64,000 nt of DNA from Camelus dromedarius (taxonomy: Eukaryota). Position 1 is the first letter of the stretch, and each line of letters begins with the position of its first letter. The notes below the pieces were generated by a model, which worked only from the letters and a program-made list of their open reading frames with translations, was not told where the DNA came from and searched no databases. Shown piece by piece: positions 37,720 to 49,700 of the stretch. A program made the position numbers and the translations under genes. The stretch spans positions 79,858,001-79,922,000 of the forward strand of contig NC_087437.1 of the NCBI RefSeq assembly GCF_036321535.1, read 5' to 3'.

Positions 37720-39825
37720 ACTTGACCTAGGACTCTACCGATTTCCAAAGTTCTGGAGCTAATGAGCCTAATAGGTTCACCTTTCCACTCTCCAAAATGG
37801 CCATTTCATACGCCTTCCTTGTCCTCTTCACTTCTTCCTACCTCATTTAAAAATATGTACAGTAAGATGAGAATGACCTCAAATTCCCACCACAAAACAT
37901 AGCCATTTGCATATGTATTTCTATCTTCGCTCATGTTACATTGGATGAAATTTCCTTACATTTCTCTCATTCCAAGACTTCTAGCCATGCTCTGCATCTG
38001 TACTGCCCAATATAGTAGCCACTAGTTTTACGTGGCTATTGAACACTTAATATTCGGCTAATCAAAATTGATGTGTGTGCTAAAGTATAAAATGCATACC
38101 AAATTTCAAGCTTAATATGATAAAAATCTTTAAATGTCAATAATTACATATTAATACATGTTGAAATAATAATATTTTGATGCTTGGGATTAAATAAAAG
38201 ATTTTAAAATTAATTTTGCTCATTTCTTTTTATAAAACTAATGTGACTACTAGAAAAATTCTAAATTAGTAATGTGGCTCACATTATGTTTCTACTGGGT
38301 GGTGCTGCTCCATGTCCGACCCCTCCTGCCTACCCGCGGTCTGCACGGCTGCCATGCCCCACCTCTTCCCAGCAACATCAGGTTCCCTGTCACTCCTGGA
38401 TCATTCTCATCCACATACAAAGTTACTTTTTCACTTTGTTTTTGAAATAAGAACCTCCTTTGATTTTGCTCCACATTTCTCGTAACTCTTCAGACCTCCT
38501 CAGAAGATTTATTGGTCTATAATTGCTCTCTCCGTCTCTCTGCTCCTGTTCTCTCCTAGACATCACTCTGGGCGGGCTTACATCTCTTGTTTCGGGTCAC
38601 TTACAGCATCCATCTTGCCAAATCACATGGTCAGGTCTATCTTCTCTTCTTATCCAATCTCTTAACCACTCACTCCCTGAAACACATTTTTCCTTGTCTC
38701 CTCTGACTACATAACACTCCCCAGTGTCCTCTGCTGCCTTCTCTGTTTCTTCCTGACTGAAAACACGCTAGTGATGGAGAGCACAGTCCTAGATGCCCTC
38801 ATCTGTTTTCACTCACCTCAACTTCACTCACGCACTTTTCCAGTCCTGCTCTTGGCTTTCAATATTATCCCTATGCTGATGATTCCAAAATGTATTCCTG
38901 TACCAAAAACACACCCAGGAGCTCCAAACCTATAAATCCAGTTGCTTCCTCAACCTTTACTCAGAGGGTGAATAGGCATCTCAGGCTTACACAGCTCAGA
39001 TCCAGTCCTCGAAACCCATCCCTCCTCTTTCATCCTTTCCAGTCCCAATGATGGCCTCATATCTGCCCAGAAGCTCAGGCCACATATCTAAAGGTCATTA
39101 GTCACTTCCTTCTACTTCATCCTCATGTCCAGCGTATTCTCCTGGTCGCTCTTCAGCATCTCCACTGTAGCCCAAGACATTCTCATGTCTCCTGGAATAT
39201 TGTAAAGCCTACTTTCTCCCATTTCACTTCCTCTTGTTCAAAGCATATAGAGTGTACTTTTTTAACATTCAAATGAGTTCATGTTACTCTTCTGCTTCTA
39301 ACTAACATGTTTGCAATCATAGCTGAAATAAAATCCCACTGCCTTAACATGGCCTACAAGGTTGTATGTTATGTGACTTTGGTAATATCTCTGACCTAAT
39401 CTCTCACCATCTTTTGCTGGGCTCCAGCTGTTCTGAAATTTCTGCCAGGAGGACACGCCAAGTATGTTCCTGACTTAGGGTCTTTACACTTGTCTCTTAC
39501 TCTTACAATGCTCTTTGCTCAAATTTTTGCATAGTTGGCTTTTTATTATTTGGGTCTCAGCCAGTTATCCCCCTGTAAGAGAGAATTTCCCCGATCCCCT
39601 TAGATAGTGTGTTATCTCCTTCACCCACACAATCACTTTCTACTCCATTACTTTATTATTTTCTTCATAGTGTCTAAAATCTCCCTCCCACTAGACTATA
39701 AGCTCTTGATGAAGAGACACTTAGTTTTATTTACTATTGCATCCTCTATGCTTGGAAGAGTGCCAAGGACCCACTAAAAGCTCAAAAGAAAACTGACGAG
39801 GAAATTAATGAATAAATGAATGGAT
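37720..39825 (+). mobile_element. Long L2 relic (RT region to 3' tail), interrupted by MER33
   Basis: Pyrimidine-rich L2 body (tatgctgatgattccaaaatgta, aataggcatctcaggctta, aaaatcccactgccttaacatggcctacaagg), tail ctagactataagctcttga...aatgaataaatgaatgga. Residual peptide LNHSLPETHFSL resembles the L2 RT segment DHSLLLETLSSL. Confidence 0.8.
37996..38308 (+). mobile_element. MER33 (Charlie5-type) MITE
   Basis: ctgcccaatatagtagccactag...gtggctattgaacactt...aatgtgactactagaaaaatt...atgtggctcacattatgtttctactgg. Confidence 0.85.
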
Positions 39826-42756
39826 GTTACAGTGAACAGAGGCAAGAAAACAATGAAAAGCTCTACAGTTCGGTCTCATGATATGTGAGGAACACCAGTT
39901 CCCCTAAAGCCCATGCTGATTTCTAGCCAATTTACTGAAGACCCTTTACATTGGGAAATTGTATTAAGTTTAATCAACATGAGAAGCCTGAAAGAAAAAC
40001 AGAATAACCTAGTAAAATTGGGCTCTGCCATCACCCCCTCCTTTCCCCTCATATCCATCCAAAAGTCAGACTCCTGCTTTATGCTGAGCTGTGTGATTTG
40101 GCCACAGATGTGCAAAAGGGCAGAGAATTCAACAGCTGCAACTCAACATGGCATTTAACTGATTTCTTGCTCTGGATTGCAGCAATTTCAGAATTTTTAA
40201 ACAGCTTACATACAGAGCTTTTCGTAAGAGATTTTCATATTTGCAATGCTATACCCTTCTTCAGGCTGGCAAACTGCCTTTTCTGTAAGACCCCATCTTA
40301 GTTTGTGCCAAGGAAATACGGGGAATGGTTTATTAAGTATTTCATCATCAATAAGCAAGACCATTCCCCTGATAGGAATGAGGGAATTTTCACTTCCTTA
40401 ATGTTCCCAATTTTTCTCAGGGGTCTGTTACATACATCCCCACTGTCTGATAAATTTCTGTCACATTAACATTTGGTAGCAAGGTATACAAACTCACTTA
40501 AGCAAATTGGAAAACGTATCAGAAGAATACCAGAGATGCAGCCAAGCCTCCTAACAAGTGAAACCATTTGGGAACCAAGATTACTTTCTTCAATTTTCTA
40601 TTTCTCTCTGTAATCCTGCATTAGAATTCTCTCTCTCTCAACAGTGGCTTTTTTCCAGATTCTTTATTAACATAGCAGAAACCAGCTATATACGGTTTCC
40701 TGCTTTTTACCATCTTGTAGTTGAAGCGCCAACAAAGACTAAATCAATTGTACGTTCAAATTTCAAGATCCTGGAGAGGGAAATGTTTTGTCCTAGTCTG
40801 GATAATGACTATATCTCTGGTCCAACGGCTACATTATGGGGTCACCCGGTCCACTGCCGACCTGTCAGCTGTTCTGGGCATAAGCTTTCTGCAAAGAGGG
40901 AATACGCAGGTTTTGTAAGAAGGTAATGTGGAGACACAGAGGTGATGAAAGACAAAGTTCTTAGCATGTCTGGTATACTACCAGACATAGAGGAAAGTCT
41001 AACTTCTGTTGACTGCTCATTGCTTCCTTAGATTGTTAGAGATTATATATTCCTACTTTCCAGTTGAACTGCCAGTGCCAAGCATTGTGCATTACTTATA
41101 GGAATCCTAATAAATACGGATTTCATAAATGAATGAATGAGTAACAATTATCACACACAAGATAATGCAGAAATAAATGTAAAATAGAAAATTATAAGCC
41201 AGAAGTGAAGGGACAGAATCATGGAGGTGTGTCTTACTTAAAGAATGGATAAACATGTGATAGATATTGGGATTTGAGAGCAGAATCTTGCAGAGATAAT
41301 ACAGTAGAAAAATTTTCAAAATATACAAATAACCCTGGAATTCTTAAATAAACTAGACTTTATATATTAAGGAACAGAGAACAGCTGTGTGAGCTAATGC
41401 AACTGATGCTACCACAATCTCCTAACTGTTCTCTAGGGCTCATTGTCTAATCTGCTAGAACATCCCTATCATGATAACTACACACGTGTCAGAGATGAGC
41501 AAGATACAAAGGATGTGGAAGATGCTAATGACATATTTTACTTTACTGACACTAGCATTCTGCAAATAATTTCCATCCAATAGCTTTTATCCCCAACAAT
41601 GTTTCCATGTTTCTCCTTTTACCTTGAGCATAAGATTACTAATGGAAAGTTTATATCCTACAGTAAAGGGAGCCATACTGGAGCTGCATTCTTGTTAACA
41701 GAGCAGAGAGATTTACAGCGGGGTTTGGTGTTTAAAACTGGGCAATGCTGAGGAGCTCAGAGATAAGCTGTAGGCTTTTGGGGGTGTTTATACATATCAC
41801 AGAGGAAGGTAAAATGAACAATCTATTGTTTGCTCCTCAAACAAATGAAAACATGATAAACCAGCATTTAAAGATGTTCTTGCCTCTTAAAAAGATAACT
41901 CAGATCTTTTAAAGCTATTTAATATACTACCAATGTTTGTTTTGAAAAGGCATATTAAAATGAAGTAGATGTCCTTGACTATTCTATTTACAGAGGTGAA
42001 TCTATTTAGATTTTGCATGACACAGCTCCTTCAATTCTAAATCTCTAAAGTTGGGTTAAATGATTTATAATTGTTCAACAGTTTACACTTACTGTGTTTC
42101 CATGAAAACTTCGCATATGTTTCCATTTTATCCTTACAATCATTCTTTAGAGAATGTAAATCTGAAAAAAATATATTGTTCAGCCACAAAACATCAGGCA
42201 TGATAGAAACTAGTTTAAAAACACAATCTCCACCCTTAAGTTGCTCCTGGAGGATACAGTCATGCAATCAGAAAATCATCAGGGAATATGAGAATTAAGC
42301 TAGAAGTCAGTAAGGGTGTTGTAGGAGTCCCTGTGCACACTGGGAGGGTCTTATCCAGTGAAGGAGATTATTAACTCCTGACTCTTTAATAATAAGAACA
42401 AGGTAGCCAGACAAAGAGAGTGAGGTGGGCTCCTGGGAAAGGAGGAGCAGAGAGCTCAGTGCAAATGTTGTGCCATGAACAGGTGGATTCAAGCACATAG
42501 TAACTCCAAAACTGTACGTCCTATGTCCTCTATTTTGGCTCATTTACTTTCCATTATCCTACACTATATCCCTTACACAAAGGGATTTTGGGATTACACA
42601 AAAAAAATTTGAATACTGAAATTATCTGATGGTTGTAGCCTATGGAGTTTCATTAAAATTTGAAAGAAAACAAATACTTATGCCGCTTTTGTATTTTGGC
42701 ATCAGGCTTATCAATGTTTAAGCACTGTATGTGGATTATCTCATTTAATTTCACAA

Positions 42757-43058
42757 AAATGGACTCGCAGACAGTAAACAAACCTATGGTTACCAGGGGG
42801 AAAGAGGGTGGGAAGGGATAGATTGGGAGTTCAAGATTTGCAAATATTAACTACTATATATAAAACAGATAAACAACAAGTTTCTTCTATATAGCACAGG
42901 GAACTATATTCAATATCTTGCAGTAACCTATAACGAAAAAGAATATGAAAATAAATATATGTATTTTTATATATGACTGAAACATTATGCTGTACACCAG
43001 AAATTGACACACTGTAAACTGACTGTACTTCAATTAAAAAAACAAAACAAAAAAAAAC
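42757..43058 (+). mobile_element. Young L1 3'UTR inserted in a minus-strand MIR (about 42690-43225)
   Basis: aaacaaacctatggttaccagggggaaagagggtgggaagggatagattgggag...agcacagggaactatattcaatatcttg...acttcaattaaaaa. MIR flanks tatctcatttaatttcac and tttatagatgataaaattgaaacagaga. Confidence 0.9.
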
Positions 43059-43389
43059 CGCTAAGAGGTATGCACCATTATCTTCATTTATAGATGATAA
43101 AATTGAAACAGAGAAAGGTTAAAAACCTTGCCTAAGATTGCACAACTCATAAAGAAACAGGATTAGCATTTAAATTCAGGCAGTTTAACTCCAGTATCTG
43201 TGCACTTTGATACTAAATGATGTTGACTACCAGGCTCATCTTAACATCACTACAACTAACTTTGTGGAATCAACAGACAATAGTATTCCATTTGTGTTTT
43301 TCTTGTGTATTCATGTCTTTTCATGCTTTTTTTCATGTTGTCAGATAATAACTCAAGTGTGTGTTCATATTTGAAGACAGTTGCTAGAG

Positions 43390-44330
43390 CAATAAATCCT
43401 GAAATGAAAAGAAGATCCCGTATTGAAAGGGCAACTGTGTATTTGTGAAAATCGACCTCAAACGAGCAACACTGAGACTTTAAAATAGAGAAGTTCTAAA
43501 AACATACAAAAAAAGATTCAAGTTACTAATAAGAAAGAGAAAATTGGATTTCTATTAGAATTCGCAAAAAAAAAAAACTTTTAAGGAAAGAAAATATGAG
43601 TAGAAAATTGTATATCCAGCCAAACAGTCCTCTAACTTTAGAGACCATAGACAGTTATTTACATGCCAGATTTTAAGAATGTTGATCCCAGGAGTCTCCC
43701 TTGAGAAACAGAATAGAATATAAGCTGTAGACAGCTACAAAATCATTTCAAAAGAGTCAACCTAAGATTTGCAGTTTTGCAACGAATATATTTAACTGTG
43801 GTACCAATATAAGGAGACGTAGATAAGTGTGACAAAATAATAGTAAGATATAACATGATCTGACTATGCAGAAATAATATAAGTAATGAAAAATGAGAGG
43901 AGAAGAAAGAGACAAAATCTATAGGAGATAAAGCATGCTGATTGATTTATAGGTATTATCTGAGAGTAAAAGTTGATCACTCGAAGCTAAAAAATAAATA
44001 AAATAAGCTTAAGTATACTTAATACCATATATATGAAAGCAAAAAATAATACTAGTGATGTAAAATTGGAAGGGAAGGGACAACAAAAGGTAAAGAGGCA
44101 GATTCCATTGTTGCTCATGGTGAAACCAAATGAGAGATTCTAAACAAGGAAGAGATATTAATAGAATCATATCACTACAGAGAAATATAAACTTTCCTAA
44201 ATTTCCAAAACAAAAATAAGTATTAAAACAGTCCATGTACTGGAAAATTCAGTAAATGTAATACAGAAAAACATGAAACAACTGAAACTAAATAAATAAT
44301 CTATGTCAATGCATGGAAAAGAGATTATCT
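43390..44330 (+). mobile_element. Old L1 (ORF1 / inter-ORF region) relic
   Basis: A-rich with gattgaaagggc-like text and agaaaattgtatatccagccaaacagtcc, typical of L1 ORF1 C-terminal decay. Confidence 0.55.
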
Positions 44331-44334
44331 TCCT

Positions 44335-44521
44335 GACGAGATAAAGACGCAGCGCAAAGGTGGCTGTTCTGTAGGCCAGGAAGAGAGCCCTCACCAGAAA
44401 GCAAACCCTACTAAACTTGATCGTGCACCTTGCAGCCTCCAGAGCTGAGAAAATACGCTTCTGCTGTCTAAGCCACGCAGGCCGTGGTGTTTTGTTACAG
44501 CGGCCCAAGCAGACTGATACA
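44335..44521 (+). mobile_element. MLT1 LTR 3' portion
   Basis: gccaggaagagagccctcaccagaa...cttgatc...cagcctccagagctgaga...taagccac...tttgttacagcggcccaagcagactgataca. Confidence 0.85.
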
Positions 44522-44529
44522 ACAAAAGG

Positions 44530-44870
44530 GACAGGAATTGAAAATAAAGGGTAGAATTTGGTCGAAGATGAGGTTGGAGGAGCAGGTGAGAGGCCCTCTG
44601 CAAAAGATTTGACTTTATATCAAGATCGATAAAAACCTTTGGAAAGATTTTAAGAATGATACTATGGTTAGAGTCACACTTTTGAGAAAAACATTCTAAC
44701 TGCAGAATGGAAGTAGATCAAAATGCAGAAGTGTTGGGAAGGCATTGCTGAAGTTCAGGAAAGAGGAGCTGGTACCTTGGATTAGGATGATGGTAGAAAA
44801 TATGGAGAGAAATGACCAGAGGCAGGAGATATTTGGGATGTAAAATATAGAAGACTTAGTAATGAATTGG
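44530..44870 (-). mobile_element. L2 fragment
   Basis: tttgactttatatcaag...gattttaagaatg...ttggattaggatgatggtag...atggagagaaatg...gacttagtaatgaattgg. Confidence 0.65.
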
Positions 44871-45408
44871 TTTTTTTGACATTATATTAAGTGAAAGAGC
44901 CAAATACAAAATTATAGATTCATTACGATACAACTAAAACTGAGAGAAACACAGGGTGGAAATATATGTTATAGATAACACTCTCATTTTTCTACTTCCC
45001 AAGATAATAAAAATATGGTTATATTCTACTTCTTTTTAAATAAAAAATAATACTCTAAACTGCCACAAAATTTCCATCAGGGTCACTCCTCCAGGGTAAC
45101 TGAAATGTAATTATAAGTTTTGCTAAGATTTTGTGTAAAAATTAGTACAACTAAGAGGAGCCTGGCAGTAGGAATTACTCTGACATTTAAATGTACCACA
45201 GAGGGTTTATGATAAAAGAGGAGCTCTAGCAGAAGACAATCCACACAGAGTGGAAATCAGCATTAGCAAGGCTCCCTTGGCTCAGGGTCTTGAAAGAGGT
45301 TTTTTATATACAGCTGGGCAACTTTGCCTTTTTTACCAAAGGCAAGTCTTCTAAACCCTGTGAAGCATTGATTCATTTATCGCCTGTAAAATGAGGGTCC
45401 TAACAGTA

Positions 45409-45726
45409 CTGTTGCCCTTTGAATGAGGGGTTAGGGATAACCCACCCCACACACAGAGTCAAAAAGTCCACATACAGCCATCTCAGCCTCAAAAATGAAA
45501 GAACTGGTAAATCCTGCATTCAAGGGCAGGAGGTTGAAACAGTGTTTAAGAATCACGATTTAAACCCTAGTTCCCTTGATTCCACATACTGTGATCTAAC
45601 ATCAAACACAATCTTTTTTTCTACACTTAGTGAATTTAAAGATCTGTGAAGTGAAAACTCATTGAAAAGAATCCAAGTAGAAGTGGACCTGTGCAGTTCA
45701 AACCTGTATTGTTCAAGGGTCAGCTG
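45409..45726 (-). mobile_element. Tigger2-ended non-autonomous element, copy 2, inserted in a MIR
   Basis: TA then ctgttgccctttgaa at left. Right end gtggacctgtgcagttcaaacctgtattgttcaagggtcagctg. Interior shared with 9989-10315. MIR flanks at about 45310-45408 and 45727-45830. Confidence 0.85.
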
Positions 45727-46519
45727 CACTTTCTCTGCAGAAGAGTTGTGAGGACACAGTGAAATAGAGCAGGTCGAGCCCCTTGAGCAGTGTCTGCTGG
45801 ACACCAAGCGCTCAGGCTGGAAGTGGTGGGAGCAGTGACAATGGGTTAGTAATGGGCAGCAGCAGCAGTGGTGGTGGTACTGCTACTAGCAGTAGCAGTA
45901 GTATTTGCTTCTCTCCACGTTGAGATTTTTTAATGCCTGGTATATGGTTAAAGTACAATGGCTCCTACCTTGATTAGTTAAAGATGTAGGTTCAAGTTGA
46001 GAGAAATGATTCATATTGCATGGGAGAGAAAATGGGTTTACTGGGATTTTAGGAATAGATATTGTATAATTTAATGTAAGTTTGCAATTCCAGAACTGAA
46101 TATCTAGGCGAGATGAGCAATATTTGGTACTCATGGTGGAATCTTCTGTCCTCTGATCCTTCTTGAAGGAGAAATTTTTTTTTAGCCCACAAGGGCAGTT
46201 TGGGAAATAAACAAACAAAAAGCTAAATCCTTGGGAAGTGCTATCCAAATCATCTAGAGAGCCTTGAAAGGTCAAAGGTACAGGAGACACACAGAGCGGC
46301 TGGACTGGGAGAATTGGTCAAAGTGACTCCCCAGCAATAGAAAGGCACCTAGTAGGTCAGCACTATCTTTTTCGAAGTTGTAATCATAAAACAACTTGTA
46401 GTAAAAACAAAAATGCACTTTCTGAGCAAGTGACACTTTATTCTCCTGCTTGGCAATCCAGTAATGAACACATTTCTCAAAAATGCATTTTGGAAGTCTT
46501 CTGTATCAAAGTTCTGGCT

Positions 46520-46730
46520 TTGTTTACAATCTGCTCCACCTCCTACCGAGAGTAGGACCGGAAGCAGGTGACGTGACACCTGTGAGCCTTAGTGCCTTGA
46601 TGTGCAAGGTGAGGACTGGGACACCTCATTCACATGGTTGTTGTAAGAAGGTTCAAGTCAGGTAAATTCTTGAAAAGACTTTGCATGTGGCCTAGTACAT
46701 GGTATGATTTTATGAAATGCTAGTTTCTCT
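46520..46730 (+). mobile_element. MIR SINE relic
   Basis: ctgtgagccttagtgccttgatgtgcaaggtgagg...cacatggttgttgtaaga...gcctagtacatggta. Confidence 0.6.
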
Positions 46731-49700
46731 TCCCGATTTCTTACCTCTGTAACCATTTTTAGAACATTATGTCAGAGGAATATGTACAGAGGTGAATAGT
46801 GGGATTAAAGACTACACTTTCAGATTCATTCCAGTTTTGAATTTTCCCTCTATATGGATGCAAGAGCAAGAGCTGGACGATGGTTTTTAAAATTACACTT
46901 TCTCAATTAGGATAGACCTCATATGTAGACATGATCTGGAAACACACAGAAAGCAGACTGACATCTGATGGATCCCTTAAATCCAAAATTAAAACTTCAA
47001 TAAGGCCTTTCCAAGTTCAGTGTTTTGTTACTTTGTCCCTTTATTCTGTATTCAATTTAGCTGGAAAGCTCTTCCAGTGTCTATTCAGGGAAAACATTTT
47101 GAAAGGAGTATTTTAATGAGATCATTTGTGTTCCCAGAGCCTTGCTGAGTGACAGGTTATGGAAATCATAGATAAATACTGTTTGAATTGAGAACAGAAA
47201 ATGGAAACATTTTACAAGCTTAACAGGGCCTCACTTTCAGAATGAACTAGTGAATTTCCCAAAAGCGCCCAACAGTAAAACTTTACAACAAGGTAAATCG
47301 CTATCCCTGCTCTTCTTTTTAAGAAGAAATCTTGGAAATGTTATCCCATAGTATTACTTCTCAAGCATCTCTTGTATCTAGGTTTCTTTAAAAGTTTTGA
47401 AGTAAGCAGCCAAAATAGTTTCCTCAGTGTTACAACGCTCACAGTGTTTATTTCAGAGAGTTTTTACACTTTCAAGGCTTTCTGTGTCTAAGTATGTATA
47501 TACCTAGTTAAGAAACTGATAGGCCATAATCTCTGTAACTAAAAAACTTTTTAATCTACAAATTTATTCTTACAATGTCCTGGTACCTGGAAAAAGTCCT
47601 GTGAGATGATGACCTCCCATTGTTCCAAATGCCAACTATGAAATGCCGTCTGTCTATTCCTGCATTTCGTATTGATTCTTCAAATGGAAAACGAATCTAT
47701 GATACACACAGGGGAATCAAGAAGGCTTTTCGACTCGGCAGTAGACGCAAGTAAAGAGGGCAGGCGAGACGCGCTTTTCAACCGTCTGGAAATGACTGTG
47801 CGGTGTAAAGGGCTGCGAATTCACCATTTGTTGGTAAAACTGACTATTATCAGAGCTGTCCCATCACTGATACACCACGCTAGTGTTGTTTCTAACAGTT
47901 TATCAACTGGCAGCAAAGGATCTGATGGTAGAATAGCTGAAGTCATTTTATGAAGTATTGGTCTCAGATCTTCAGCAACCCTTTTTTTCCTTCTTTGTAC
48001 CCTTCGATCTGTCCTACAAATGCTTTCAGCCTAGAAAAACAACCCACTCCGTGCAGTGTGGACAAAGGGGATCATCTTGCGCTGCTGCTAGGGCACAGGA
48101 GTCTCTTTTCTTTAAAAGGTCAGGTGGGAGGTTACACTAACTGAATCACTTATTGGTTGTGTCCTTTTAAGTGCTTTTCTAGGTGAGAGGCCAAAATCTG
48201 TATTAACACCTCTGCCCTTAGCCAGGCAGTCTTTCAAGTCAAGAAGCTTTGCCCACAGGTCTTGAAGGACTCAACAGAGCTCACTAAATAAATAATAAGC
48301 AAGTGTGAACTATGACAGTCTAATGGATTATGTTGAATCAGGAAGTAACAGCGAAAACAAAGCTAGTACCTAAGAGCTAGTACCCATGGTCAGTTATGAA
48401 ATGTCTCTCCCATGCCTGTTCTAAGACTGAGTCATTCACCTCTATCCCATTTGAATTAGAATGTCCAAATAAATCAACGCATCTGTGAATGTTAATTTGT
48501 AAAGGAAATTCTGAAAAGTTAACAGTGTATTGTGCTGCTCAAACTCTCTCTCCTACATCTCCCCAGTGCCCCACATGCTGGCTAGAAGCATGTTAAACCA
48601 AAGGTTTAAAGAATAGGTGAGCTCAGAAAGTGGTCATTCAGCATCTTTGGATAACTTTTTGACAAGGTTACATGTTATAACGCTGATTTCCTCAAAAACA
48701 ATGTGTTCTAAATTTAATATCTCATTTGTCTCTATTTTCTCCATTGTTTGTCAATCCAGTTATTTCCTAGTTCCTTCTCTTACCTCTTTTTTATCATGCT
48801 TGATTGTTAGGACTTAGCCTGCTTTATGTACTGAACTGGCAATTGATTTGAATGTGTCAGCAGTTACTTTTTTCAAATTATTTTAAAATTCATCTGGAAG
48901 AATAAAAATGGTCAAACAATAGCTATCATTTATTGTGCTCACACTATGCACACACCAAGTCAGGTGTTGAATTCAGCACCTTACAAATATTGAAGAAGAA
49001 CGGTAGACACTGAATCAGATAGTAAGACCAATATTTAAGCTGCATTAGTTCTAACAGCTTGTCAGAGTAGGTCACGTGCACAGAGTAGATTTTGATCTAG
49101 GTGATGTGAGGAAGCCCCATACCTCCCTGTTTTCTCCTTAAAAGATCTTGAAAATTTACTAACCCATTCCTTGGAGTTTGTCATTATTCCTTAGGAATAT
49201 TTTAAGCAGAACAACTCTCCTAAGTTCCATTTCCTTAAGGTACTCTAAATCTCTTTCTCTTTGCTAAATTTGCCCACTTTTCCTTTCATGAGTCTCTCTT
49301 TTTCAACTATTTTTGTCTCCTATAAATTTAATATTCGGCAAAAACTATTACTATTATCAAGTCCCAGGACTTTCTGCTTATATTAAAGGAAATCCCACCC
49401 TGCTATGCCACATTCAAATTCTTTTCCCAGAATGGAAAATTTCAGATCCTGCAGGAGAATATTAAACCTTTGGTACAAAACTGTTAACTGTCTTAAATGT
49501 ACAAAATTGATTTAGAAGTATAATCCTATGAATTCACTGAGGGAGGTGTCAGTGTTCAGAACAAAACAGAATTGAAATTAAAGATCTAGGGGGAAACTTA
49601 GCCCAGAAAGAGGAAGAACAAATGTCATCCAAGTTAAAATAACTGGAAAAGAATATTCTGGTGCCTATTTAATATATTCCACACATCAGAAGATCTAAAG

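Noticed and set aside
45886..46290. Longest supplied ORF (134 aa) and the other 100-120 aa ORFs (5869, 16947, 22213, 23453, 40558, 44197, 49745, 54019, 57792, 61507)
   Set aside because: Many start at non-ATG codons, have low-information composition, overlap repeats or show no recognisable domain. Such lengths are expected by chance in 64 kb.
46550..46590. ETS/CRE/E-box-like cluster (ccggaagcaggtgacgtgacacctg)
   Set aside because: It falls within a diverged MIR core and has no independent support as a regulatory site.
48360..48385. Short local duplications (agctagtacc x2 here; similar ones near 4965, 26030 and 53928)
   Set aside because: Ordinary slippage micro-duplications. There is no repeat-spacer array or CRISPR-like structure anywhere in the window.
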